Assembly (NCBI GenBank): GCA_016707895.1
Contig: JADJGV010000034.1
Span: forward strand, 757,625 to 821,624
Direction: 5' to 3'
DNA: 64,000 bases
Source: Myxococcales bacterium
GTDB lineage: Bacteria; Myxococcota_A; Polyangia; Haliangiales; Haliangiaceae
Shown here one piece after another: positions 25,543-35,501 of the stretch. Both the position numbers and the translations under genes were made by a program. Positions within the stretch are counted from its first letter, which is position 1; the number at the start of each line of letters is the position of its first letter. The notes beneath the pieces were generated by a model. It searched no databases and was not told the origin of the DNA. It saw only the letters and a list, made by a program, of their open reading frames with translations.

Positions 25543-25878
25543 CTACGGGACGCCGGGGAACGCGTCGACCGCGCGGATCGTGATGTCGGGGAACGCGTCG
25601 ACGTACTGGATCGTGAAGTCGGGGAACGCGTCGACCCGCTGCCAGCGGCCGCAGCTGTCGGGGAACGCGTCGACCCACTTCACCCGCAGATCCTCGAACG
25701 CGTCGACCCGCTTGACCCGCAGGTCGGGGAACGCGTCGACCACCTTCACCCGGCCCGCCAGCTTCTTGCCGTGGGCCGTGCAGTCGGCGCCGACCTGTGC
25801 CGCCGGCTCGGGGCTCGCCGTCGCCACCACCGCCGCGCCGAGCCACACGAGAGGCACACACGCCAGGAAGCGCCGCAT
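25543..25878 (-). CDS. Small secreted protein with five or six tandem 11-residue repeats (x-VDAFPD-xx-I/V-x)
   Basis: Signal peptide MRRFLACVPLVWLGAAVVATA. Repeats are VKVVDAFPDLR, VKRVDAFEDLR, VKWVDAFPD.., VDAFPDFTIQY and VDAFPDITIRA. The underlying DNA has a 16-bp direct repeat (CGGGGAACGCGTCGAC) six times with 17-23-bp spacers. Confidence 0.5.
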   Translation of the reverse strand: MRRFLACVPLVWLGAAVVATASPEPAAQVGADCTAHGKKLAGRVKVVDAFPDLRVKRVDAFEDLRVKWVDAFPDSCGRWQRVDAFPDFTIQYVDAFPDITIRAVDAFPGVP

Positions 25879-26033
25879 GGACCGGTGCTACCGCGTCGCC
25901 GATGGCCTCGCAAGCGACCACCGACGCCCACATCCGCGCTGTGTGCGCCTTGCACAAAGCCGGGGCAGGGACAGCAGACGTCCAACGATCTCAAACGGAT
26001 GGCGGGGCACACCGGTTGCTTTGGAACCCGGCC

Positions 26034-26747
26034 ATGCGCTTCGTCCAACCTGTCCTCGCGTACATGATCCTCGGCGGTTCCGTCATGGCCTGCGGCGGTG
26101 GCGGCGTCCTCGATCCCGGCGCCGGCGACGATCCGGGCACCGGCTCGCTGACGCTGCAGGTCGACGCCGACGTCAACGCGCGGCCGATCGTGGCCAACGC
26201 GCAGAGCGAGGAGTCGTTCACCACCGAGTTCCACGTCCGCGTGCAGAAGGGCGCGGCCGACGTCACCACCGGCACCGTCACCGTGCGGTCGCGGGGCGGC
26301 GACGTCGCGCTGATCTATGGCGCCGACAACCGCTGGCACGGCGCCCAGGCCGGGTACTGGGAGGTCTACGAGCTGGCGGTCGAGTCGGGCACCGACTTCG
26401 TCGACGGCGTCCGCGTCGACGGCCCGGCGCTGCACTACTTCAGCGCGCCGCTGCCCGGCGCCACGCTCGACTCGCTGGTCGCGCAGGCCATCACGTGGAA
26501 GCGCGGCGAGGCCGCCGACCAGACCACCCTCGACACCGACAAGATCGACGAGCTCGCCATCCCCGACACCGGCACGTTCTCGCTGCCCGCGGGCAGCCTG
26601 AAGAACAAGGCCGACGGCGTCGAGCAGGAGCGCATCCGCATCGACCGCTTCAGCACGGTGATCCCGACCGGCGCGGTCGCCGGCTCGCAGATGCGCGTCG
26701 AGGTGCGCAACGAGATCGAGGTCCTGGTCCAGGCCACCGGCCTGTGA
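26034..26747 (+). CDS. Hypothetical lipoprotein
   Basis: Lipobox (GGSVMACGGGG) followed by a beta-rich mature domain. The start was moved to ATG 26034 within the longer ORF 25797..26747. Confidence 0.5.
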   Translation: MRFVQPVLAYMILGGSVMACGGGGVLDPGAGDDPGTGSLTLQVDADVNARPIVANAQSEESFTTEFHVRVQKGAADVTTGTVTVRSRGGDVALIYGADNRWHGAQAGYWEVYELAVESGTDFVDGVRVDGPALHYFSAPLPGATLDSLVAQAITWKRGEAADQTTLDTDKIDELAIPDTGTFSLPAGSLKNKADGVEQERIRIDRFSTVIPTGAVAGSQMRVEVRNEIEVLVQATGL

Positions 26748-26825
26748 TCGGCACGCGCGATCGAGGGTGAGCGATCGTCACCCGGGCGCTGGCGTCGCGA
26801 TGGCGCGCGTGTAGTATCCGCCGCC

Positions 26826-28199
<1,374 letters not shown>

Positions 28200-28233
28200 G
28201 CGGCGCCGTGACGCCGGCGCGCGCGCCGGGCGT

Positions 28234-29784
28234 TCACTGGTAGCGACCGACCCACAGCGTGCGGCGCGTCGTCATCGCGGGGAGGCCGTCGGTCATCATC
28301 CACATGACCACGGCGCTGCCGTCGGGGGCGACGGCGACGTGGGGCTCGCTCGCGCTGACGCCGTCGTCGACCTCGACCAGCTCGGCCGCCTGCCATCCGC
28401 TCGCCGGCACGAAGCGGCGGGCGTACACGTCGCCGCGGTCGGCGGCCCCGTGCAGCCAGGCGACGTGGACCGCGCCGGCGGCGTCGACGCCGAGCGACGG
28501 GCTGGGGGCGTAGACGCCGGCCAGCGCGATGACCTGGGCGGCGCCCCAGCCGGCCCCCGGCGCGTAGCGGCTGGCGCGCACGGCGTAGGCGCTGCCATCG
28601 TCGACCGCCCAGGCCGCGGTGATCGCGCCGAGGCCGTCGGCGGCCATCACCGGGTCGGTCGGCGACGTGGCGCTGATCGCGAGCGCCGTCGACGGTGTCC
28701 AGGCGCCGCCGGCGAAGCGGCTGGCGCGCAGCTCGCGCTGGGTCGACGGCAGGTTCGACGTCCAGATGGCGTGCACCACGCCGACGCCATCGACCGCCAG
28801 GCTGACGCCGTGGCCTCCGTCGCCCCCCGGCACCGCGACCCGCGCGCCCCAGGCGCCGGTCGCCGCGCGTCGCGCCGACCACACGGCGATGTGGCCCTCG
28901 TAGCCCTGCCACCACGCGACCGTCGCGGCGCCGTCGCCGTCGACCACCACCCGCGGGAAGTACGCGTGGTGGTAGATCACCGGCGGCACCTGCGTGGCGT
29001 CGACGTGCGAGTCGTCGTGCTCGAGCAAGGCCGGCGCCTCCCAGGTGCCGTCGGCGCGCTGGCGGCGCGCCCAGACGTTGGCGATGTTCGCCGCGCCCTG
29101 GGTCCACGCCACCACCGCCGCGCCGGCGTCGTCGACGGCGACCGCGGGATCGCCGGTGAAGGTCGCGTCGGCGCCCTGGAGCTCGACCATCGCGCCCCAG
29201 CCGCCGGCCGGCGTGTAGCGCGCCGCGCGGATCGCCGCGACGCCGTCGACGGTGGTCCGGGCCTGCCACACGATCACCACGTGCCCGCCGGCGCTCGCCG
29301 CCAAGAGCGGCGCGCGCCCGTCGTAGCCGTCGGCCAGCACCACCGGCGGCGCCCAGCCCGCGGCCGGCGTGAAGCGCCCGCCCCACAGCTCGACGTAGCC
29401 GACGCCCGGCACCTGGCGGCGCCACGCGGCGGTGATCACGCCGTCGGCGCCGCGGACGATCGCCATCCCGTCGCTGGCCCACGCCTGATCGCCGGTGAGC
29501 CCGGTGGCGGCCGGCGCCGACGTCCAGGCGCGCACCACCGACGTCGCGTCGGGCGGCACGGGCGCGGCGTCGGGCGCGGTCGCGTCGGGCGGCACGGTCG
29601 CGTCGGCGGGCGGGCTGCTGTCGGGCGCGGTCGCGTCGGCGGGCGGGCTGCTGTCGGGCGCGGTCGCGTCGGCGGGCGGGCTGCTGTCGGGCGCGGTCGC
29701 GTCGGCGGGCGGGCTGCCGTCGGGGCCGCCGCCGCCGCCGCCACAAGCGACGACGCCCACCACGACCAGCGGCGCGAGGTTCAT
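28234..29784 (-). CDS. Repeat-rich secreted lipoprotein (Pro/Asp linker repeats plus beta-propeller-like repeats)
   Basis: Lipobox (VVGVVACGGGG). There are four APDSSPPADAT repeats, encoded by a 33-bp DNA repeat at about 29560..29725, followed by recurring A-x-V-A/V-W motifs consistent with propeller blades. Confidence 0.55.
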   Translation of the reverse strand: MNLAPLVVVGVVACGGGGGGPDGSPPADATAPDSSPPADATAPDSSPPADATAPDSSPPADATVPPDATAPDAAPVPPDATSVVRAWTSAPAATGLTGDQAWASDGMAIVRGADGVITAAWRRQVPGVGYVELWGGRFTPAAGWAPPVVLADGYDGRAPLLAASAGGHVVIVWQARTTVDGVAAIRAARYTPAGGWGAMVELQGADATFTGDPAVAVDDAGAAVVAWTQGAANIANVWARRQRADGTWEAPALLEHDDSHVDATQVPPVIYHHAYFPRVVVDGDGAATVAWWQGYEGHIAVWSARRAATGAWGARVAVPGGDGGHGVSLAVDGVGVVHAIWTSNLPSTQRELRASRFAGGAWTPSTALAISATSPTDPVMAADGLGAITAAWAVDDGSAYAVRASRYAPGAGWGAAQVIALAGVYAPSPSLGVDAAGAVHVAWLHGAADRGDVYARRFVPASGWQAAELVEVDDGVSASEPHVAVAPDGSAVVMWMMTDGLPAMTTRRTLWVGRYQ

Positions 29785-29876
29785 GTGCGGTGCCGGTGCA
29801 GCGGCCGTGCCGTCCGTCTGGTCGATCAGCGCGGGCCGGCCTCGCTGGCGGTCCGCGCCTTGCACTGACCGCGTGC

Positions 29877-30155
29877 ATGAAGTGCGAGACCTGCGGCAAC
29901 GACTACGACAAGGCGTTCGAGATCACGCTCGGCGACGGCACGCGCCATGTCTTCGACTGCTTCGCCTGTGCCATCCACGCCCTGGCGCCGAGCTGCGCCC
30001 ACTGCGGCGTGAAGATCATCGGCCACGGGGTCGAGGCGCCCGGCACGTTCTACTGCTGCGCCCACTGCGCCCGGCACCACGGCCACGACCAGCTCAAGGA
30101 TCGGGTCGAGACCGGCAACGACGGCCGCACGCCGACCGCCGTGTTCAGCCACTGA
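29877..30155 (+). CDS. Small Cys-rich putative zinc-binding protein (92 aa; four CxxC-type pairs)
   Basis: MKCETCGNDYDKAFEI ... CFAC ... CAHCGVKIIGHGVE ... CCAHCARHHGH. It looks like a conserved small zinc-ribbon or metal-binding family. Confidence 0.5.
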   Translation: MKCETCGNDYDKAFEITLGDGTRHVFDCFACAIHALAPSCAHCGVKIIGHGVEAPGTFYCCAHCARHHGHDQLKDRVETGNDGRTPTAVFSH

Positions 30156-30216
30156 CGCGACGGCGCGCGTGCGCCTGCGCCCGGCGTGACGGCGCGGCAC
30201 GGTCGGCCCGTCACCG

Positions 30217-31617
30217 TCAGCCCCGCGCCGTCGGCGCCGCCACCGCCTCGACCTCGCGGCGCCAGGCGCGCAGGAGGTCGGCGGCGTCGCAGCGGCCGAC
30301 CGTGGCGACGGTGGCGATCGCGTCGGCGCCGGCGCGGACCACGGTCACGACCGCGGCGCCGCGGCTGCGCGGGATCTGTGGCGGCGGGGCGGAGGCGGCG
30401 ATCAGCGCTGGCCCGTCGGGCAGGCGCAGCATCGACAGGCAGGCGTCGCCGGCGAGGTGCTCGCTGGGGCCAGCGGTCAGCCGCGACGGACCGCCGGCCA
30501 GCGCCCGGCGCTTGATCGCCAGCGGCAGCGGCAGCCCGTGCAGGCCGGCCAGGAGGCGGGTGGCGATGCCGGCGCCGGCGGCCTCGCGGGCGATCGCGGC
30601 CCGGGCCCGGGCGGCGAACGCGTCCAGCGGCTCCGGCCGACCGTCCGAAAACCGGACCGATAGCAGCGCCGGCCGCACCCGCCGGGCGAAGCGCGCGGGA
30701 TCGTCGGCGGCGCCGGGCGCCACCGGCAGCTGCAGCGGCGGCGAGCGGCGCGCGCGGGGATCGCCGCGGCGGTGCAGCACGACGCCCAGCGCGTAGGCCC
30801 CGGCCACCGCGCCGACGGCCGGCGCCGGTCCCCAGCACAGCTCGAGCGGCTCGCCGGCCACGATCGCCAGCGGCGGAAGCGCGACGTCGGCGGCGTCGAC
30901 CCGCAGCCCCGGCGGCGCGACCGCGGCGGCGATCGCCTGGGTCAGGAGCGCGTGGCCCCATCCGTCGACCACCAGGTGGCAGGTGGTGACCGCGGTGTAC
31001 GGCCCCATGCGGGCGACGCCGAGCCACGGCCCGCCGGCGGCGGTCCACGCGCGGCGGTGGCCATGGCGGATCCGCGACGGCGCGTCGTCGCCGAGCGCGA
31101 CCACCACCTGCGGCGGCGGCCCGTCGAGCGTGAGCCGGGACGGCTGGCCGCGCAGCGTGCGGGCCAGCGCCCGCGCCAGATCGGCGTCGTGGGCCGGGCC
31201 GCGGTCGTCGAGCTGGCCGTGCCAGACCCGAGCGCCGATCGCGAAGCCGACCCGCCCCGGCTGCGCCAGCGGCGTGGTGTGGGCGCTTCCGCCGGCGCGC
31301 GCGATCGCCACCGCCAGCGGCTGGTCGGGCAGGGTGCCGTCGAGGTGCGCCACGGCGGCCCGGGCGGCGTGGGCGCTGGCCACCGCCCAGGCGATCCAGT
31401 CGGCGGCGTCGCGCGGCAGCGGCGTCGGCGCGGCCATGAACGTGTCGGTGCCGGGGTCGGCGTCGGACGCGAGGTACGCGGTGGCGCCCCGGCCCCAGGG
31501 CTCGGCCATGGCCGCGGTGCCGAGCAGCGCCCACCACGCCGGGTCGCGGCGCCATCCGTCCGGCGCGAACTCGTCGACCAGCGCGGCCAGCTCGCGGCCG
31601 CGGCGCAGCGCGCTCAC
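30217..31617 (-). CDS. HxxxDG acyltransferase-like protein (condensation/WS-DGAT/PapA5 superfamily), tentative
   Basis: The motif TCHLVVDGWGHALL matches the HxxxDG catalytic motif. The start was set at GTG 31617, overlapping the TGA of the upstream methyltransferase in a GTGA arrangement. The ORF track fuses it to an Arg-rich upstream artefact. Confidence 0.45.
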   Translation of the reverse strand: MSALRRGRELAALVDEFAPDGWRRDPAWWALLGTAAMAEPWGRGATAYLASDADPGTDTFMAAPTPLPRDAADWIAWAVASAHAARAAVAHLDGTLPDQPLAVAIARAGGSAHTTPLAQPGRVGFAIGARVWHGQLDDRGPAHDADLARALARTLRGQPSRLTLDGPPPQVVVALGDDAPSRIRHGHRRAWTAAGGPWLGVARMGPYTAVTTCHLVVDGWGHALLTQAIAAAVAPPGLRVDAADVALPPLAIVAGEPLELCWGPAPAVGAVAGAYALGVVLHRRGDPRARRSPPLQLPVAPGAADDPARFARRVRPALLSVRFSDGRPEPLDAFAARARAAIAREAAGAGIATRLLAGLHGLPLPLAIKRRALAGGPSRLTAGPSEHLAGDACLSMLRLPDGPALIAASAPPPQIPRSRGAAVVTVVRAGADAIATVATVGRCDAADLLRAWRREVEAVAAPTARG

Positions 31618-32258
31618 GCCAGCCTCAACAGGTAGACCGGCTGGCGATCGTCGGCGTGGCGCTCGATCGTGGCCCAGCCCGCGGCCCGGGCCAAGGCGAC
31701 GATCGTCGCGGCCGGCGGCGCGGTGGCCACCACGAGCGGCCCGAAGGCCCAGGTCAGCCAGCGGCTCCCCAGCGCCCGGGCGTGGCGGTCGACCCGCGCG
31801 CGCGGCGCCTCGGGATCGAGCTCGACCAGCCACGCCACGCCGCCGGGGCGGATCACCCGCCGCAGCTCGGCCAGCGCGGCGCGGCGATCCTGGACGTGGC
31901 GGATCGACGACACGCTGACCGCGGCGTCGATCGACGCGGTCGCGAACGGCAGCCGCTCGGCGCGGGCGCGCACCCGGGGCCCGGGCGCGGCGAAGTCGCG
32001 GCTGGGCTCGACGTCGACGACGCAGGCGGTGGGGCAGGCCGCGCGCAAGGCGCGGCCGACGGTGCCCGGGCCGGCGCCGACGTCGAGCACCACCCGCGCG
32101 TCGGCCAGGTCGGCGCGCCAGCGCGCGGCCAGCCGCTGGTCGAGATCGCCGAACGCCGGGCGCTCGTGGGTGGCGTAGCGGCGGGCGCTGGCGCCGGTGA
32201 ACGGCGCCCGGTACAGCCGGCCGTCGAGCCACCGCCCCAGCCGGCTGGACGCGAACAT
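31614..32258 (-). CDS. Class I SAM-dependent methyltransferase
   Basis: Motif I (VLDVGAGPG) and a post-I acidic residue are present. The protein is about 214 aa and is translationally coupled to the downstream gene. Confidence 0.75.
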   Translation of the reverse strand: MFASSRLGRWLDGRLYRAPFTGASARRYATHERPAFGDLDQRLAARWRADLADARVVLDVGAGPGTVGRALRAACPTACVVDVEPSRDFAAPGPRVRARAERLPFATASIDAAVSVSSIRHVQDRRAALAELRRVIRPGGVAWLVELDPEAPRARVDRHARALGSRWLTWAFGPLVVATAPPAATIVALARAAGWATIERHADDRQPVYLLRLA

Positions 32259-32341
32259 CGGCTGAGCTTACCCCGTGCGCGCCGCCACGCCGTAGACGCG
32301 GGCTCACCCACGGGGGTGGCGCGGTGGTACCGTCCGCGGTC

Positions 32342-34321
32342 ATGGTGCGTCCGATCAGCCTGACCTATCCCTTGTTCGCGGCCACGCTGGCCGCCGCGCT
32401 CGGCTGCGGCGACGACGGGGGCACCCCGCCGCCCGACGGCATCGCCGCCGAGTGCAACCCGCTGGGCGGCGTCACCTGCCTCATGCCGTGGCCGTCGGCG
32501 GCCTACGAGGTCGCCGATCCCGCGACGCCCACCGGCGTCCGCCTGGCGCTGCCGGCCGAGGCGATGCCGGTCAACATCGACAACACCGCGGTCGACGTCG
32601 CGCCGCTCAACCGCTTCGATGGGTTCGCGCCGTCGGCGCCGGCGCTGGTGGTGATGCCCAACGGCATCTCCGGCGTCGGCCTGCCGCCGCCCGAGGACCC
32701 GGCCAGGTCGCTGGCCGCCGACTCGCCGATCGTGCTGTGGAACATGGACACCCACGCGCGGGCGCCGTTCTTCGCCGAGATCGATCAGAACGTCGTCGAC
32801 CCCAAGCAGCGCGCGCTGATCATCCGGCCGATGGTGCGGCTGGATCCGGCCAGCCACTACGCGGTGTTCCTGCGCGACACGCTCAAGGACGTCGACGGCA
32901 ACCCGCTCGTCGCGCCGCCGGCGTTCGCGGCGCTGCGCGACGACACCGCCTACGAGCACCCGCGCCTGGGCCGCGAGCGCTACCCGGCGATCTTCGCCGA
33001 GGCCACCGCCGCCGGGCTGACCAAGGCCGAGCTGGTGCTGGCCTGGGACTTCCACACCGCGTCCGACGAGTTCCTCCACGCCGACCTGCTGGCGATGCGC
33101 ACCCAGGCGCTGACCGCGATGGGCCCGGTGGGCGCCAACCTGACCTTCAGCGCCACCCCGCGCGCGGCCAACGCCACGCTGGTGTCGCGGGCCTTCATCG
33201 GCACGTTCAAGTCGCCCGACTTCCTCACCCGCGGCGAGGCCGACGACTCGATCCTGCGCCGCGACGGCGCCGGCGTGCCGGCGCAGCAGGGCCTGCGCGA
33301 CGCCAACTTCGCCGCGATCATCCCCAAGTGCGCCGAGACCGCGACGCTGCCGCTGCCGGTGGTGATCTTCGGCCACGGCCTGTTCGGCTCGGGCTCCGAC
33401 TACCTCGACGACGACTTCCTGCAGAAGGTCGCCGATCAGTACTGCTACGTCGTGTTCGGCGGCGACTTCATCGGCCTGACCGATCGCCAGTTCACGGTGG
33501 CCGCGCTGGCCGCCAACGACCTCAACAAGGGCGCGTGGATCACCGAGAAGCTCGCGCAGTCGGTGATCGACTTCATCGCGCTCGAGCACGTCATCCGCGG
33601 CCCGATGCGCGCCGCGCCCGAGTTCAAGCGCGGCGGCGCCGAGATCATCGACGCCAGCCGGGTCTACTACCTGGGCGGCTCGCTGGGCGGGATCATGGGC
33701 AACGTGTTCATGGCCTACGACCCGACGATCACCCGCGGCGCGCTGGGCGTGCCGGGCGGCGCCTGGACGATGCTGTTCGAGCGGTCGATCGCGTGGTCGG
33801 CGCTGCGCGGCGCGGCCACCGGCGCCTACCCCGATCCGCTGGTCTACGAGCTGCTGGTCAGCCTGCTCGGCATGAAGTTCGAGCCGTACGATCCGATCAC
33901 CACCTCGGCCAACGTCATCAACGACCCGCTGCCCAACACCCCGCCCAAGCAGATCCTGATGTGGGAGGCGATCGGCGACTGCCTGGTCAACAACTACTCG
34001 ACGGAGACCGTGGCCCGGACGATGGGCCTGTCCCTGATCACCCCGTCGGTGCGCACGCCGTTCGGCGTGCCGCCGGCCACCGCGCCGATCACCTCCGGGC
34101 TGACCGTGCTCGACGAGCACCCCAGCCCGCTGCCGCCGTCGACCACCAACGCCCAGCCGATCGAGGACAACGGCACGCACTCCGGCGTCAACAAGCGCCA
34201 GGCGGTGCTCGATCAGGTGCGGCAGTTCATCCTCGACGGGACGATCACCCAGACCTGCCAGGTCGGCGGCCAGCCCGCGGCCTGTGACTGCGCCACCGGC
34301 GCCTGTGGCTCGCGGCTCTAG
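32342..34321 (+). CDS. Secreted alpha/beta-hydrolase-like lipoprotein (putative esterase or lipase)
   Basis: Lipobox (LAAALGCGDDG). The serine nucleophile motif GGSLGG (YYLGGSLGGIMG) is present. The protein is about 660 aa and is Cys-rich at the C-terminus. Confidence 0.6.
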   Translation: MVRPISLTYPLFAATLAAALGCGDDGGTPPPDGIAAECNPLGGVTCLMPWPSAAYEVADPATPTGVRLALPAEAMPVNIDNTAVDVAPLNRFDGFAPSAPALVVMPNGISGVGLPPPEDPARSLAADSPIVLWNMDTHARAPFFAEIDQNVVDPKQRALIIRPMVRLDPASHYAVFLRDTLKDVDGNPLVAPPAFAALRDDTAYEHPRLGRERYPAIFAEATAAGLTKAELVLAWDFHTASDEFLHADLLAMRTQALTAMGPVGANLTFSATPRAANATLVSRAFIGTFKSPDFLTRGEADDSILRRDGAGVPAQQGLRDANFAAIIPKCAETATLPLPVVIFGHGLFGSGSDYLDDDFLQKVADQYCYVVFGGDFIGLTDRQFTVAALAANDLNKGAWITEKLAQSVIDFIALEHVIRGPMRAAPEFKRGGAEIIDASRVYYLGGSLGGIMGNVFMAYDPTITRGALGVPGGAWTMLFERSIAWSALRGAATGAYPDPLVYELLVSLLGMKFEPYDPITTSANVINDPLPNTPPKQILMWEAIGDCLVNNYSTETVARTMGLSLITPSVRTPFGVPPATAPITSGLTVLDEHPSPLPPSTTNAQPIEDNGTHSGVNKRQAVLDQVRQFILDGTITQTCQVGGQPAACDCATGACGSRL

Positions 34322-34397
34322 CCTCCACGTGGGCGCCGCCTTCGAGCTGTCACCGAGTCGCGACCGCCCCGCCATCGCCGGCGGGCGATGGTCGGGC

Positions 34398-35501
34398 GTG
34401 CGGCTCATCCTGTCATGCGCGGTGCTGACCACCGCGGCCATCGCCCACGGCGAGCCCGCCGCCACCGCGGCCGGCTTCGCGCTGCACGGCGGCGGCTACC
34501 TGCAGCCGCAGCTCCGGCTGCGCGCCAACGACCCGGTGGCGCCGTTCGACGAGGACGGCTTCCGGGTGCGGCGGGCGCGCGTGCTCGGGCGCGCCGAGCG
34601 CACCATCGGTCGCGTCGACGTCACCGTCAACCTCGAGAGCGAGCTGACGCCCGACTTCCGCTTGCTCGACGCGTCGGTGGCCGCGGCGTCGTGCCTCCCC
34701 GGCGGCGGCGGCTGGCGGGTCGAGGCCGGCCAGTTCAAGGCGCCGGTGTCGCGCCAGGCGCTCTTGTCCGACAGCCGGCTGGGCTTCGTCGACAAGCCCG
34801 AGCTGGCCAGCCTGGCGCCCGATCGCCAGCTCGGGGCGATGGCGACGCTGAACGTGCCCCACGCGCCGATGGCCCGGCTGTCGGCCGGGCTGTGGAACGG
34901 CGAGGGCGTGAACCAGGGCGGCAACGTCGACGAGCACTTCCTGTTCGCGGGCCGGGCCGAGGTGCGGCTGCTCGGCCGCGACGCGCCGCTGGCCGAGTCG
35001 GCGCTGGCCGGGCGCGCGCTGTGGCTCGGCGGGTCGGGCGGGCGCGAGGCGCGCAACAGCGGCGACACCACCGAGACCCTGACCACCGTCGGCGGTGACG
35101 TCGCGTTCGCGCTGGCCGGCGTGTCGGGCAGCGTCGAGTACCTGCAGGTCGAGCACGCGTTCAGCGGTGACGCGCGGCCGGCCTACCGCGCCAACGGCGT
35201 CGTCGGCCAGCTCGCCTACCTGCTGCCGCCGCTGGGCGTGGCCGGCCGGCTCGAGGTCGCGGCGCGGGTCGAGGAGATCGACCGCAACGACACCGTGCCG
35301 ATCATCCGGCCGGGCGATCCCGATCAGTCGCTGCGCTACTACACCGGCGGCGTCAGCTGGTACCTCGACGGCCACGACCTCAAGCTGCAGGTCACCGGCT
35401 CGCACATCGTCGAGGTCGAGGACCGCGATCGCACCGGCGGCGACGCCGCGTACCACAACGACACCCTGCTGGTGCAGGTCACCACCCGGATCGAACGATG
35501 A
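34398..35501 (+). CDS. Phosphate-selective porin O/P family outer-membrane protein
   Basis: Signal peptide VRLILSCAVLTTAAIAHG. The beta-barrel has OprO/OprP-like features. The start is GTG 34398, and the earlier ATG 34284 would overlap the upstream gene. The stop overlaps the next start in an ATGA arrangement. Confidence 0.55.
   Translation: MRLILSCAVLTTAAIAHGEPAATAAGFALHGGGYLQPQLRLRANDPVAPFDEDGFRVRRARVLGRAERTIGRVDVTVNLESELTPDFRLLDASVAAASCLPGGGGWRVEAGQFKAPVSRQALLSDSRLGFVDKPELASLAPDRQLGAMATLNVPHAPMARLSAGLWNGEGVNQGGNVDEHFLFAGRAEVRLLGRDAPLAESALAGRALWLGGSGGREARNSGDTTETLTTVGGDVAFALAGVSGSVEYLQVEHAFSGDARPAYRANGVVGQLAYLLPPLGVAGRLEVAARVEEIDRNDTVPIIRPGDPDQSLRYYTGGVSWYLDGHDLKLQVTGSHIVEVEDRDRTGGDAAYHNDTLLVQVTTRIER

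Noticed and set aside
25555-25760. CRISPR-like pattern: 16-bp direct repeats with 17-23-bp spacers
   Set aside because: The repeats are far shorter than CRISPR repeats. They lie inside an ORF with a clear signal peptide and encode a regular peptide repeat. There are no cas genes or leader in the window.
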